Part shown: piece after piece, positions 12,677 to 39,103 of the stretch | Layout: every line of letters starts with the position of its first letter | Numbering within the stretch: the first letter of the stretch is position 1 | The notes under the pieces: generated by a model | Database searches by the model: none | What the model was told of the DNA's origin: nothing | What the model saw: only the letters and a program-made list of their open reading frames with translations | DNA from: Paraspadella gotoi | Taxonomy: Eukaryota; Animalia; Chaetognatha | Direction of reading: 5' to 3' | DNA: 64,000 bases | Assembly: GCA_051294375.1 (NCBI GenBank) | Contig: CM119264.1 | Coordinates: forward strand, 16,899,245-16,963,244 | Made by a program: the position numbers and the translations under genes

Positions 12677-14140
12677 TCTTCTCTCTCTCTAAGAGATTGG
12701 AAAAAGTGAGAATAAGCAAATAAAGGGGACAATGCGATAAAACGGAGGGAAAAGGGAAAACGTGTGAACTTTGAAAAAACTGACGGCGCCATAAAATCTT
12801 TGATGGGGTTCGAACCCTTCCTCCGCGCGATATAGCGAGAACTTAATCTAATCAATCTTTGTAAATTCAAATGTTTAAAAAATTTCTTGTTAAAATTTTA
12901 ACAATCCTGCCAACTGTCACAGACTCACAGTTATTGCTCAAATGTCTTAATTTTTTAATTATTTCTGTTTTTTTACTAATAACTGTAATGATTAACTGAA
13001 ATTATTTTTTTAAACTTTAAAGTAGTATTAACTGCAGTTTTTTTTTCATCAAACTACCAATCTTACCTCAACGCTAAGTAAATATTAGACTCCTGAGCAC
13101 AAAGCCTTGCACTGTGCTAAAAGACCCACATCTCTGACGCCATTTTCAGCCACTTGCGGAAAATTTCTCGATTCTACGATCGTGGCGACCCACGGCAACA
13201 CTCTTTTCTGCAAAACGTGCTACGGTCGGAAATACGGGCCGAAGGGCGTGGGGTTCGGTCAAGGTGCCGGCGTGTGCAGCACCGATGGCGGTTTGGAGGC
13301 CGAAGCTTGGTGAGTGCTCAATGTTTCCGTGAGCCTGTTTTTTTCCCAGCGCAGAACTGCATGTATTCGTTCGTCCTCCCAAGGAACGTTCCCAACCGCC
13401 GTGTGTCCAATTGCCCCTCTGGGCCTTCCAAATACGGGGGAGGACAGCGGTGCCACCGATGCAAGACCGCGGTTTACGCCGCGGAGAAAATGGATGGCGC
13501 TGGAAAGGTAAACATTATTTGATGCTCTGTCGCTCGTTTGTTGGAGATTTTAGACGGTACAAAGGACCGTATTGATTAAAGCATTTTTTGTATTTTTTGT
13601 ATTTTTTCATTTTTTAAAAATTAATATTCATTTCTTCAACGGTGCAGCATTGGCATCGTAAATGTTTTACTTGCTACGACTGCAACAAATTTCTAGATGC
13701 AACGACAATTCAGAACAAAGAAGACGAAATATTCTGCAAAGGTGAGTCCTTTCCATCCTTTGGGTGACGAAAGACAAATGTAACAAAAAATTATATATTC
13801 CGACATAAAAAATAAAACTGTACGTTTCTTTTCGTTTCTTTTCTTCATTATTGCTTATACAAATAATAAAAGTGTTGTTAATTATCAATGTCCATTTTTT
13901 TATAGGTTTAAATTCGATTTAAAACTTAATTTTTATACATAATTGACGATTGTGTTAAAACAAAGAGAGTTTTGAGCGTGATTGTCTGGTTTTTCCTCCC
14001 CTGTCACAGTTTGCTACGGAAAATCCTTCGGTCCCCAGGGAGTTAGAGGTGGCGGAAGTCTCGGGACAACGACCACCATCGTCAACGTGAGGCGTGGAAG
14101 TGACGGAAGCCCGGAGCCCGTCGGTTTCAGCGACCTATGA
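8000..14140 (+). CDS. CSRP: Cysteine- and glycine-rich protein / muscle LIM protein, two-LIM isoform (207 aa); join(8000..8114,13150..13309,13384..13507,13648..13741,14010..14140)
   Basis: All introns GT-AG with consistent phases (1,2,0,1); 624 nt. [38 protein letters not shown]|[41 protein letters not shown]...[26 protein letters not shown]|[31 protein letters not shown]|[11 protein letters not shown].... Two LIM domains, each followed by a Gly-rich repeat, and an MPFKP N-terminus typical of invertebrate MLPs. AATAAA at 14303 and 14432. Confidence 0.92.
9514..9686 (+). CDS. CSRP: CRP/MLP alternative terminal exon 2a
   Basis: LCNKML...[15 protein letters not shown] followed by a stop codon. 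Confidence 0.82.
11999..12113. repeat. (GAGAGC)n hexanucleotide microsatellite, about 19 pure copies
   Basis: Directly visible. Confidence 0.95.
12176..12470. repeat. (CAA)n/(AAT)n/(GAC)n microsatellite cluster
   Basis: Directly visible. Confidence 0.95.
13150..13309 (+). CDS. CSRP: CRP/MLP exon 2b (C-terminal part of LIM1 plus Gly-rich repeat)
   Basis: TCGKFLDST...[23 protein letters not shown]; ttttcag acceptor, gtgagt donor. Confidence 0.92.
13384..13507 (+). CDS. CSRP: CRP/MLP exon 3 (start of LIM2)
   Basis: [20 protein letters not shown]; donor gtaaac. Confidence 0.9.
13648..13741 (+). CDS. CSRP: CRP/MLP exon 4
   Basis: [17 protein letters not shown]...IFCK; gtgcag acceptor, gtgagt donor. 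Confidence 0.92.
14010..14140 (+). CDS. CSRP: CRP/MLP terminal exon 5
   Basis: [42 protein letters not shown]. Confidence 0.9.
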
Positions 14141-14838
14141 ATCCGTTCTGCTAGGGGGGGGGGCTTTGCAAAGGTTCAGGCTACCCCGAGAGCGATTGCA
14201 TTTGGTCGAAGAAAATATTCAATCTTTGATTAAACAAATAGTCCAAGAAAACTATAAGGTCTAACCGTTAGATAAATTCATATTGTACTAATAATAAGAG
14301 AAAATAAATTCGAGAAAAATACTAAACATTTAGGCATTCCCCGCATATATTTCTGAGATATCTTTACACGTCAGAAACTTCTTTTTTCTTTTTTACTCAA
14401 GAAATAATATTAATTGCAAATCCTTTTTGTAAATAAAATATCTATAAATGTGACATAAGTGTCTCAATTAAAAAAAGAACGTATTTTGCTAACTGTCTGC
14501 CTTATTAATGACTCAGGAGTCGACGTACCGAGACTTCACGCTTACGACAGCAGTAACTCACGTCATACCAAGTCGGTGATTAGTCTCGACGTCGAGTGAC
14601 AACCGCAGACTATGTAAACTTAAAAAGAAATATTAAACGCGAAAAGGAGCTTTTTTTTCTCCGAGTCGATATTCCTTTATTTACAGTGAATATCATAATA
14701 ATAATAGTAACAGAAATAGATGAAAAAAAAATAATAGGCAAACAATGAGAGAGAAATGGCTCCAAAACTCTGAAGGTAAACAATAAATAAATGGTTTCAC
14801 AAGAGAGAGGGTGAGAGGGAGGGGTGGACTGAATGGAG

Positions 14839-14873
<35 letters not shown>

Positions 14874-14933
14874 AACGAAGTTCGGGGGATCGGTGACTTT
14901 TTTGTTTGGTCGGTGTCTCTTTATATTTTTTTT

Positions 14934-28782
<13,849 letters not shown>

Positions 28783-29856
28783 CCGGGTCGCGTGGTTGAT
28801 TCGGCGAAAAACGATTTTTTTTTAAAGTGAGGAATCAAATCCGTTTTTTTGAGCGCGATATTCGAAAATTTTCCAAAGCCGAGAATGAAGCGTTAATTTT
28901 TTTATCTCCGGTGGCCGGTGGCGGCGCTTGGATCGAAGCGAGTTCTTCGAGGGAAGAAGAATCTGGAAGGAAATGAGATGTGGGATAACGGGGGATGAGT
29001 ATATCTGAGATGGAGAGAACAGAGAGTCATTACGGGCATTTAAAATTGAAAGAAATATTAGAATACCGAGAGGGTGAAATATAGTAAGGAAGGATAAAAC
29101 CAAGAAAGGAGTCCGGAGAAAGAGTGAAAAGGAAAAAGAAAGAAATAATTAAAAAANNNNNNNNNNNNNNNNNNNNNNNNNNNNNNNNNNNNNNNNNNNN
29201 NNNNNNNNNNNNNNNNNNNNNNNNNNNNNNNNNNNNNNNNNNNNNNNNNNNNNNNNNNNNNNNNNNNNNNNNNNNNNNNNNNNNNNNNNNNNNNNNNNNN
29301 NNNNNNNNNNNNNNNNNNNNNNNNNNNNNNNNNNNNNNNNNNNNNNNNNNNNNNNNNNNNNNNNNNNNNNNNNNNNNNNNNNNNNNNNNNNNNNNNNNNN
29401 NNNNNNNNNNNNNNNNNNNNNNNNNNNNNNNNNNNNNNNNNNNNNNNNNNNNNNNNNNNNNNNNNNNNNNNNNNNNNNNNNNNNNNNNNNNNNNNNNNNN
29501 NNNNNNNNNNNNNNNNNNNNNNNNNNNNNNNNNNNNNNNNGCAAAAAATTGAAGCGACGTCATCGTCGACACGAACGACGACGTCAACGACGACGCCAAC
29601 GACGACGACGTCAACGACGACGATAATCTACCGAGGATGAAGCCAACGCAGAACCCAGTCATCGCCTCGATAACGAAGAAGAGAGAGAAAATTGGAAGGT
29701 GAATTTATCGGTTTCCTTTTCGATTTGGCCTCGCGTCGACGACGACGACGACGACGACGACGACGGAGAAAAATGGCGACGCCAGAGAAAAAAATAGAAA
29801 ATTGTAGAGAAAGAAAAAAAAATCGAAAGGTTTTTATGTCTTTTCTTCGCGATCAA

Positions 29857-29888
<32 letters not shown>

Positions 29889-32663
29889 NNNNNNNNNNCG
29901 TCGTCGTCGACGTCATCGTCGTCGTCATGGATTTTTCTCGTTTTTTGACGCGCGAATAAAAAATAAATCTGCGGAGGAGATTATTTGGTCGACGAATAAA
30001 ACTACGAATTTTTTTCGGGGTCGACGATCTCGGAGCAAATAACAACAACAACTTCGATAAAAACAATAACAAACGAAAAAAGAGAAAAAACATTTGCGAT
30101 GTTAGGAAAAATACCGAGAAAGTAGGGAAAAGGAAGGGAATGAGTTCGACGGGAGAAGACAAAAACGCCGTCATTTTCTTTATCACAAATNNNNNNNNNN
30201 NNNNNNNNNNNNNNNNNNNNNNNNNNNNNNNNNNNNNNNNNNNNNNNNNNNNNNNNNNNNNNNNNNNNNNNNNNNNNNNNNNNNNNNNNNNNNNNNNNNN
30301 NNNNNNNNNNNNNNNNNNNNNNNNNNNNNNNNNNNNNNNNNNNNNNNNNNNNNNNNGAGAGAGAGAGAGAGAGAGAGAGATTTTTAAAACCGTTTTTGAA
30401 ATCTCCTTTGTGTAAAAAATGCTAAAGCTCTCAAACACAAATGTCTTTCGTTTCCTTAACGCCGGCGCATCCACGCAGTCACTGGCCAGGTCCCCCTTTA
30501 TCCCTCAACAATCAACAGNNNNNNNNNNNNNNNNNNNNNNNNNNNNNNNNNNNNNNNNNNNNNNNNNNNNNNNNNNNNNNNNNNNNNNNNNNNNNNNNNN
30601 NNNNNNNNNNNNNNNNNNNNNNNNNNNNNNNNNNNNNNNNNNNNNNNNNNNNNNNNNNNNNNNNNNNNNNNNNNNNNNNNNNNNNNNNNNNNNNNNNNNN
30701 NNNNNNNNNNNNNNNNNNNNNNNNNNNNNNNNNNNNNNNNNNNNNNNNNNNNNNNNNNNNNNNNNNNNNNNNNNNNNNNNNNNNNNNNNNNNNNNNNNNN
30801 NNNNNNNNNNNNNNNNNNNNNNNNNNNNNNNNNNNNNNNNNNNNNNNNNNNNNNNNNNNNNNNNNNNNNNNNNNNNNNNNNNNNNNNNNNNNNNNNNNNN
30901 NNNNNNNNNNNNNNNNNNNNNNNNNNNNNNNNNNNNNNNNNNNNNNNNNNNNNNNNNNNNNNNNNNNNNNNNNNNNNNNNNNNNNNNNNNNNNNNNNNNN
31001 NNNNNNNNNNNNNNNNNNNNNNNNNNNNNNNNNNNNNNNNNNNNNNNNNNNNNNNNNNNNNNNNNNNNNNNNNNNNNNNNNNNNNNNNNNNNNNNNNNNN
31101 NNNNNNNNNNNNNNNNNNNNNNNNNNNNNNNNNNNNNNNNNNNNNNNNNNNNNNNNNNNNNNNNNNNNNNNNNNNNNNNNNNNNNNNNNNNNNNNNNNNN
31201 NNNNNNNNNNNNNNNNNNNNNNNNNNNNNNNNNNNNNNNNNNNNNNNNNNNNNNNNNNNNNNNNNNNNNNNNNNNNNNNNNNNNNNNNNNNNNNNNNNNN
31301 NNNNNNNNNNNNNNNNNNNNNNNNNNNNNNNNNNNNNNNNNNNNNNNNNNNNNNNNNNNNNNNNNNNNNNAGAGAGAGAGAGAGAGAGGGAAAAGACGTG
31401 AAGCAGCGGAAAGCAGGCGCAGGAGATTGGCAAATGAGATGAGACAAGAAAAGATAAAAGATGATATCTAAAAAGAGGAGGAATAAAGAAACGCATTTTT
31501 TTTATTAAGATTTCTTAATTTCATTTAATAATTTAGTACCTGTAAAAAATTGTGTTAAATGTAAATATTTCAACATTTTTCGTAACCTATACTCTAACAT
31601 GTAGTTGTTTTATATCTACGATAAAAATTTTAAAAAAATTCGGAATTTATAAGACTTTCAATTTCAATTTTTTAAATTATTTATTTTTAAAAAATCATTT
31701 TAAGTTTTGAAAGGCCTTCTCGCCAGTGATATTTTTAAAATGTTAATCCTCTGCACTGCCGTCTGCAGTCTGCAGTCCTTTCTAATCCTCTATAAAACTT
31801 CTTGAGATTCTTATGTCTCTTTTTCCTCGACTCTTTTCTGTTTTTTTTTCTACTGTAAAGAATGTTCCCGTATCATGAGATAAATATTTGAGTTATAAAC
31901 TACATCTGAATGCGATTAAGAAAAATGAAAATGAAATGAAAATAAATCAAAACATTTACAAAATAAGAAAATTTTTAATTAATCGTTAATTTTTCAAACA
32001 ATTATGCGATAATAAAATAAGATTTTTCCTTTTTTGCGAATCACCACTTTTATTTTTTTTCTCCTTCACCTCAATCTTCCTTTTTCAACTTCCCCTTTTT
32101 TCTAAATTTAACTTTTCTGTCGATCCTTTACTTTACTCTTCACCATTTCCTCCCCTTATCTTCCGCGCTCTCTCCTTCCTTTCTCAGAGAAGAGAAGAAA
32201 AACCCGCCAGATAAACAGAGAGTGAATAGGATTAGGAAGTTTATGTGAAATCCATCGGCGAAAAAGATGGGTTTCTTTTTTTTTCAGTTTCTATTTTTTT
32301 TCTCCCTTTCTCTTTTCAACACAAAATATAAGCGCGAAAGAAATTCAAAAAAAAAACTTCGGGGGGAAGTCGTATTGACATTTTAATGGAAGCCTTAATG
32401 TACAGAGAGAAATAGTAAATTGAACTTACATTGGGTGTTTCCCGAGAGCTTTGAGATTTTAATGATATAAAGGTAAACCCTTCGTCCAGGCTTTCTCGGC
32501 TGGCGCGTGTCAGTTGCAATTTAAACAGGATGGTGGAGAAAAATAAAATGAAGCTTGGATCATGCATTGTGTTTCTTCGTTGAAAAAAAAAAGAAAGAAT
32601 AATAATGATAAAAAAAAGACCGCTATCGCAACTTTGTCAGAAAGTATAGTTAAGAATTGATAG

Positions 32664-32884
32664 GGTCAAAGTTGAAAGGGAGAATATGCTACGATCACTC
32701 CCCTCACAAACCGCATCACAACGGCCAGCGCCAGCGCCAGGGTTTACGCCATACCGCCACGCCCGCCACCACACCGCCTCGGCCGCCGTTACGGCTAACT
32801 AGGGCGACGACTACGACGACAACAAATCTTTTCTCTTTGATCGCTGCGGACTTGGTTGAAAAGGCGCGGAAAACCCGGAGACGA

Positions 32885-32922
<38 letters not shown>

Positions 32923-33547
32923 TGGACGATAAAATCAGCATAAACTCTAAACGCGCGACACAAGAGGCTTGTAAACGCGGTCGGCGCTTATGCCACCACG
33001 GCTACCGCCTTCGCCACCAACACCACCATTGCAACCCAAAAGAACGCTACCACCACTTCCGCCGATGCGGCGACCGAAACGCGCGGAAATGGCCGAAGGC
33101 GCCGCCGGCAGCCCGAACCGGAAATGGCCTCGCCGACAAAGAGGCAACGCCGCCGACAAATAATAAACGACATCATCATAAACGCCATCCCCGCAAATCT
33201 GACCTCAATGTCTATGGCTCGAGGGAGCCCCGACGCCGACGCTGCTGCCGCNNNNNNNNNNNNNNNNNNNNNNNNNAGGCGGAGGGGGAGGGGGACGCCG
33301 CCCGCCGCCGCGCGCCGCCGCCGCCGCCGCACGCCGCCGCCGCGCCGCCGCCGCCGCCAACGCGCAGCCACCACCCACCACCGCGACGCGACATGACGAC
33401 GATACAATAATCATAGTCCGTGACAACGAACGACAAACAACAACAGCAATAATCGGACGAAGACTAGGATGGAAGGATCAACAAACAATTGGGTCCGTAT
33501 ATTATTCTTTGATTAAGTTCGCCGCCGCCAGCGGTGTGGATGAATAA
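32664..33547 (+). CDS. Probable terminal exon of an uncharacterised gene (His/Arg/Asp-rich low complexity); contains indels
   Basis: Acceptor tag at 32661-32663. Consensus with copy 2 reads VKVERENCYDHSPHKPHHNG...DDDD...ACKRGRRLCHHGYRLRHQHHHCNPKERYHHFRRC...IGSVYYSLIKFAAASGVDE*, with AATAAA overlapping the stop. Confidence 0.45.
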
Positions 33548-33968
33548 AACTTTTCCAGAGAATAATCACTAATGTTGTTGTTGTTACTTTATAGAATTAC
33601 TGAATTGGCGGACTGCATCTCACGAGATTTTAATCAGAAAAAATGGTTTGACGCTCCAGACGGTGACGGAGGCTAATCGTTTGTGCTATTTTCCGCAATA
33701 TGCAATCACGTAAGTTTTTTATCTAATCGATATAAACCGCGATATGGTTTATCATTTAGCGTAGATATTGAATATCAAATACTCTCCACAAACATTAAGT
33801 CCGGGACAACTCAATTCAAATTAATAATGAGGCTAAAACCGAGCTCGGATTTCGAAAGGAGAGCTCCTGACGATTCCGAAAATGTATTCACTTACTATTT
33901 TTTTCAAAAGGCGTCATCGTTTTTTTCGATTTTTTTTTTGTACTATATAAAATAAAAGAAACCTATTT

Positions 33969-34254
33969 GAAGAGTTGCAGCCCAAAACGGTAAGGCGGTT
34001 TCTCAATTAAATTTGGCATGAAATTACCTTTAAGGTCACGAACTTCCAATTCTATGAAAAGATACTTTCAAAATTTGCCTTCCTTCATATAAATTTGATT
34101 TTTTAATCAATGTTTGGGATTAATTCTTGATATATTTGAAACAAAAAACATTTTTTCAAAAAAACGCGTCTAGAATTTCCACCACCTTTCCTTTCTTGCC
34201 CAAGATATTTTTTTCTTCAAGAAAGTCCAAACGGGTTTGAGCTGCAAACTCTTC
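33969..34254. mobile_element. Putative MITE (about 286 bp, about 22-bp imperfect TIRs); copy at 43918-44203
   Basis: gaagagttgcagcccaaaacg ... cgggtttgagctgcaaactcttc around an AT-rich non-coding interior; no clear TSD. Confidence 0.45.
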
Positions 34255-36369
34255 GTTTTTAACTTCAACTTCGTCAAGAAAGTTAAATTCTGTACTCATT
34301 AAACTCATTAAAACATTTAATAAAGTAAAAAGTCAAATTGAAAATAAATTCGTAAGTTTTTCAAACTCATAAAACTTCAAAAAGTATAAAACCCGTCTGG
34401 AAAATGTGTAGTAGTTTATTTTAGACTTATTAGTGATACAACTCCATGTATTTACTTTTACCAAAGGAACGAATTAAAATATAAGAAGTAGAAATTGAGA
34501 TTACTGTTAAAGAATCAGTTTTAAGTTAAAAAATTTAAGTTGTAGAAAATTTTACTTACAATAAAAAATTATTTTTCTCTTGAAATCTAAAGTTTTACCG
34601 GAAGAAAAAATTAGGTTTAAATTTTTATGAACATTTTATGTAGATTTTTAAAGTTTTCGATTTATTTTCAATAGAAAACCTCTTACAAAGATATGAGAAA
34701 ATGATTAAGATACAGTAAATTAAGAATATATACAATTTAAGATTGAGTGATCCCTGGCCTTAAGCGTTTAATGCATGTATTATTTTTAAACGTCGATCGT
34801 GTGGCATCGTTTCGTCATAGCGCCTGATAAACCTGATGCAACATCGTGTCAGTCACATCAAATTGCGGCGCTGACACGGCGACAAGCTGACACGCCTTCC
34901 AAGCTGACACACCCGACACGCTGACACGCGACGCTGAACAGTCCGAGGCGCCGGAAACGAGTTTTCCTCGACTAATATCGATCTCTGTCACCGATTTAAT
35001 GAAAAACAAATCAAATTTCTAGGCGCCGATTCCGAGGAGGCGTGGATTCCTGATGGAGCCGATAGAGGCACGCCGATAGAGGAGGCGCGACACCAGACGG
35101 CGCGATATAGATGGCGCCGATTCGAGGAGGCGGCGTCTTGGATAAGTCGAGGCAACCTCGACCTAGTCGGAAATATGAGTGGCGGAGGGGGGGGGAGGAG
35201 TGGGGGAAAATATGAAAAAATATGAAAAACGAAAAAAGAAAATCATTGATGACTTTTTTTCTTTATTAGTAGTTTACGTATTCTCTCCAGAGAAAGGATT
35301 AATACTGGACAGGTGAGGCATCGGACGTAAAAAAAGGGTAATTGATTACGAAAAAAAAAAAATTTGTAGTAGAAAAAAGAATAAGGACGAAATTATATCA
35401 TGAACGGAGAGAAGACGAAGAGATATGAAAAAATTATAAGCGGAAATAAATTTTTCACAAAAACTATCGGGAGAAAGGGATGGAAACAAAAAACAAAAAA
35501 GGAGAGACGTGACAGAATCGGCGCTCGTCGGATGAGCTCCAAAGCCTAGAATATAATATCGAACGGAAAAAAAAAACGGTCGGAAACGTCATTTCCGGCG
35601 AAACGTCGATGCCGGAAATGTTGCGGTGGCGGCGGCAGCGCGGCGGCAGCGGCGGCGGCAGCGCCGGCGGTGGCGTTGATGCAATGGAAACAGCTGGAAA
35701 GAGCTGAGGTGTTTTTAACAAACTAAGCCTCAGTCTAAAGGGAGGAAATCGTAAATGTTTGAAATCCGATAAAAAGAAAATTAAATAACGAATGCACAAG
35801 CAGCCGAAAATAAATGGCGGGAAAAAAACGAGGATCGAAAGAAGGAAAGAAGAAAATACGAAAGAAAACGATGATAAAATCGACGGCGACTAGGCGACGA
35901 TGATGATAATGAAGATGATAACGACGCCTATGAGCTTGTTTGAAAGAAAACCTTGAAGACGATGACGATGAAGACACGATTGTCATCTCTGCGGTGACGA
36001 GGACCGCTAAGGCGAACCGCGACGGTGACAGCGATGTGACGAAGGGTGACGGAAGGCGCCGAAGACCGACGACGACGACGATTTTTGTGACCAAAGGAGA
36101 ATTTGACTTCCACTCGAAAATCTCTGTGCAGAAAAGAAAAAAAAAAAAGGGAGAGACGTCAGTGACGAGGAACGAAGGAAGAAAATAAAAATAAAGGAGA
36201 ACGAGAAAATGAAGGAGAAGAAAACTGCGAAGAAGACGAGAAAAAAGGAGAAAGAAAAAAAAAGAGGAAAATTCGTTGGCAATCGAGCGAGTATAACGTC
36301 GCTTTAGTCTTCTCCATCCGGCGCCGGTTAATTGGATAACGATTTTTAAAAAGGGGAGCCAAAGGAAAG

Positions 36370-36411
<42 letters not shown>

Positions 36412-36878
36412 AGAGAAAGAGAGAGAGAGAGGAGAGAGAGAGGAGAAGAGAGAGAGAGGAGAAAGGAATTATGCATGGGACATTTACACGGTCGGCGATG
36501 AACAAATTATCTCATTAATAATTTATTTGACGTCGGAATTAGTTAATTCGTTCACGAATCAAGAAATTTTAAAAACACGTGCGGGGACAGCAACCCAAGA
36601 AAACGCACACATGAAGTATGGCAAAAGAAAAGATATGCTACGTTCACGCAGAGAGACACACAGACACACAAGCTTGGATTGGTGAATTTTTTGACTTCGG
36701 GAAAAAATGGCGGAAAGTTGAGTAATCTTTCATCATAAGACAAGAGTCGAAGTTGATTGGGGGAAGTTATCCGCGGCGAAGCCGCCGGCGGCAGCTAGGA
36801 GCCCATCTAGACTACAGCACAATGAGATTTATTTTATCGCCGTTAAGCAGAGAGAGAGAGAATGAGAGAGAAAAAAAG

Positions 36879-36924
<46 letters not shown>

Positions 36925-39103
36925 GAGAGAAGAGAGAGAGAAGAGAGAGAGAGAGGAGAGAGAAGAGAGAGAGAGCTCCAACGGGACTGGTAAGTTGGTT
37001 ATGGATGTAAAAAATATAGTGGATTTGTGGATAGAATGAGTCGAGATACAGAGAACGAAAGGAACAATAAATCGAAGGAATTGAGTAAGGGACGGGGAGA
37101 CGAGAAACTAAGACCAGAAGAGAAAGATGGAGTTGAAAAAAAGTAAGAGAGAGAAAAGAGATGGAAGGGTAAATAAAATGAAAAAAGCTCATCGGCGTGA
37201 TGGAAACGCGTTGAAAAAAAAAAGTAGAAAAGAAAATGAAGAAGGGAAAGTTGTTCCTTTGTTTGTGTTCGCCCTGGGGGAATCAAGGGGGCGGGAAGAC
37301 GAGGAGAGAAGGAGGGGAAGGCATGGAGAAGAGGGACGAGGGACGAAAACAGACGGGGGAAAGTAGAAAACAGGAAGAGAGATTGGTGGGGAATAAGTAG
37401 AAAGAGGAAGAAGGAAGATGGAGACGATTGATATCGAGAATAAGGAAGGATGAAGGGAAATGAGTGGGGAATCGGGCTTCGGGTTTAGTTGGGACTCAGG
37501 CCTCGGTGGGGGGGGGAAACTAAAAACAGGAAAGGGTTTGGGGGTATAAGCAGAAAGGTAAAGGAAAAAATTTGGACTTGGGAGACAAAACCCAAAAAAG
37601 ATATGAGAATCCCCTTGACGGATGAGCCGAACTCGTGGCCCATGGGTAAAAGGGTGAGGCCAGGATCGAAGGGTGAGGAGAGGCCCTGGAAATTTGATTC
37701 GCCCGGAGGGACAACAAAAGAGACCATTGACTAATAGGTTGAAGAAAAAAAAAGGAGGCCGAGGAATAAGAATGAAAAGCCGTATGCGTCTACGTCGTTG
37801 TCGTCTACGGAGTCTTTCTCGTAGTCGTCGTAGTCGTCGGCATAGTCGTCGTCAATTTTTGCTCCATAGCGACTTTCCTTGTCTTTGTTACCGCCGTCGT
37901 TTCCATGGTTTCCGCCGTCATCTTTTCCGCCGCAAGAATCCATTTTGCGTTGAAATCTTCAGAAGCGGATGTCTTCGTTGTCTGTTTGTGTTGTTGCGTC
38001 GTTCACGTATCTTCGCTGTCGTCGTGTTGTTGACTTCATTTCCTTTCTTAAAAAGTAGGATTTATTTTTCTCTCTCTAAATCTTTTTCTTTGGTAACTCT
38101 TGACTCCTGACGATTGAACAAACGCCTTGACTCTTCAGCTCCACGTATCACCTTCCTATACATAACTATACGATATATCAACCTTACTTTCGACTTTTCT
38201 TCGCGTCTTTTCTCTCTTCGTCTGCCATTCCTCTCAATCTATACCATTTCTAATCTCAACTTTCCTCCCTTTGTCAAACTCTTTTTTCCTCTCGACCCTG
38301 ATACTTGGTGGCTGCCTCCCGTCCCTCCTTCTCCTTTGGCCTTTTACTCTTCTTTTATTTCTCTCCTTCTGGCCAAATGACGCGACAATATTAAGGGCGT
38401 CCGAAAATAACAAGAAACAAGAGGTTCGAGGGAGGAAGGGCGGGGGGAGGGGAGAGGCTTCGGTGACCGAAGAAAAATCTCGCACGCCGATGTCAACTGC
38501 CGAACGATCGCTGCGACTGCTGCTTTGTTGCGGGTGCCGACAGCTACCAGTATCAGCGCTATGTCGCCGTCGCCACCGCCGAATAAAACGACAACCAGTT
38601 TTGGGATGTTCGAGACAGCTTGTTCAATGTTCAATGTCAATGTTCAGTGTTCAATGTTCATTTATGCTTGACGTTAAAGGTTCTTTTGACGCAGTATTTC
38701 ATAATAGTCTTTCGAATTACGAACGTATTGTCGAAAACGTAAAAATACTACTTATTCTACTAATACCTGTGCACTTCGAGCACTTTCGTGTGAGACTTAC
38801 TAAACAGAAAAAAACGTTAAAAAAAAACCTAGTAGACTTTAATATGCCAAATCGTTGTTAGTCCTCTAGGGATATGCGTTTGTCATATTAGCAACGCACC
38901 GTCAGTGCCTAATATAATCGGTCCATTGAACCCAATTCCTTATCACCAACTTGGTTTGACGTCAAAATCCTTACTTCGATTTTTCTAATCTTTACTTCCG
39001 AAGATTAATACATCGCTTTATCCGCAATATTCTCCGCGGAAAGCTACTTTTCACTGTTGAAGTAAGCAACTGATTTCCCGCTTAGATAACAGCTAGTAGA
39101 GCT

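Larger units (their letters stand above)
31371..39103 (+). repeat. Large duplicated block, copy 1
   Basis: Collinear with about 41335-50470; 33277-34802 appears identical to 43226-44751 (offset 9949); about 36440-39103 also matches about 59123-61775. Confidence 0.9.
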
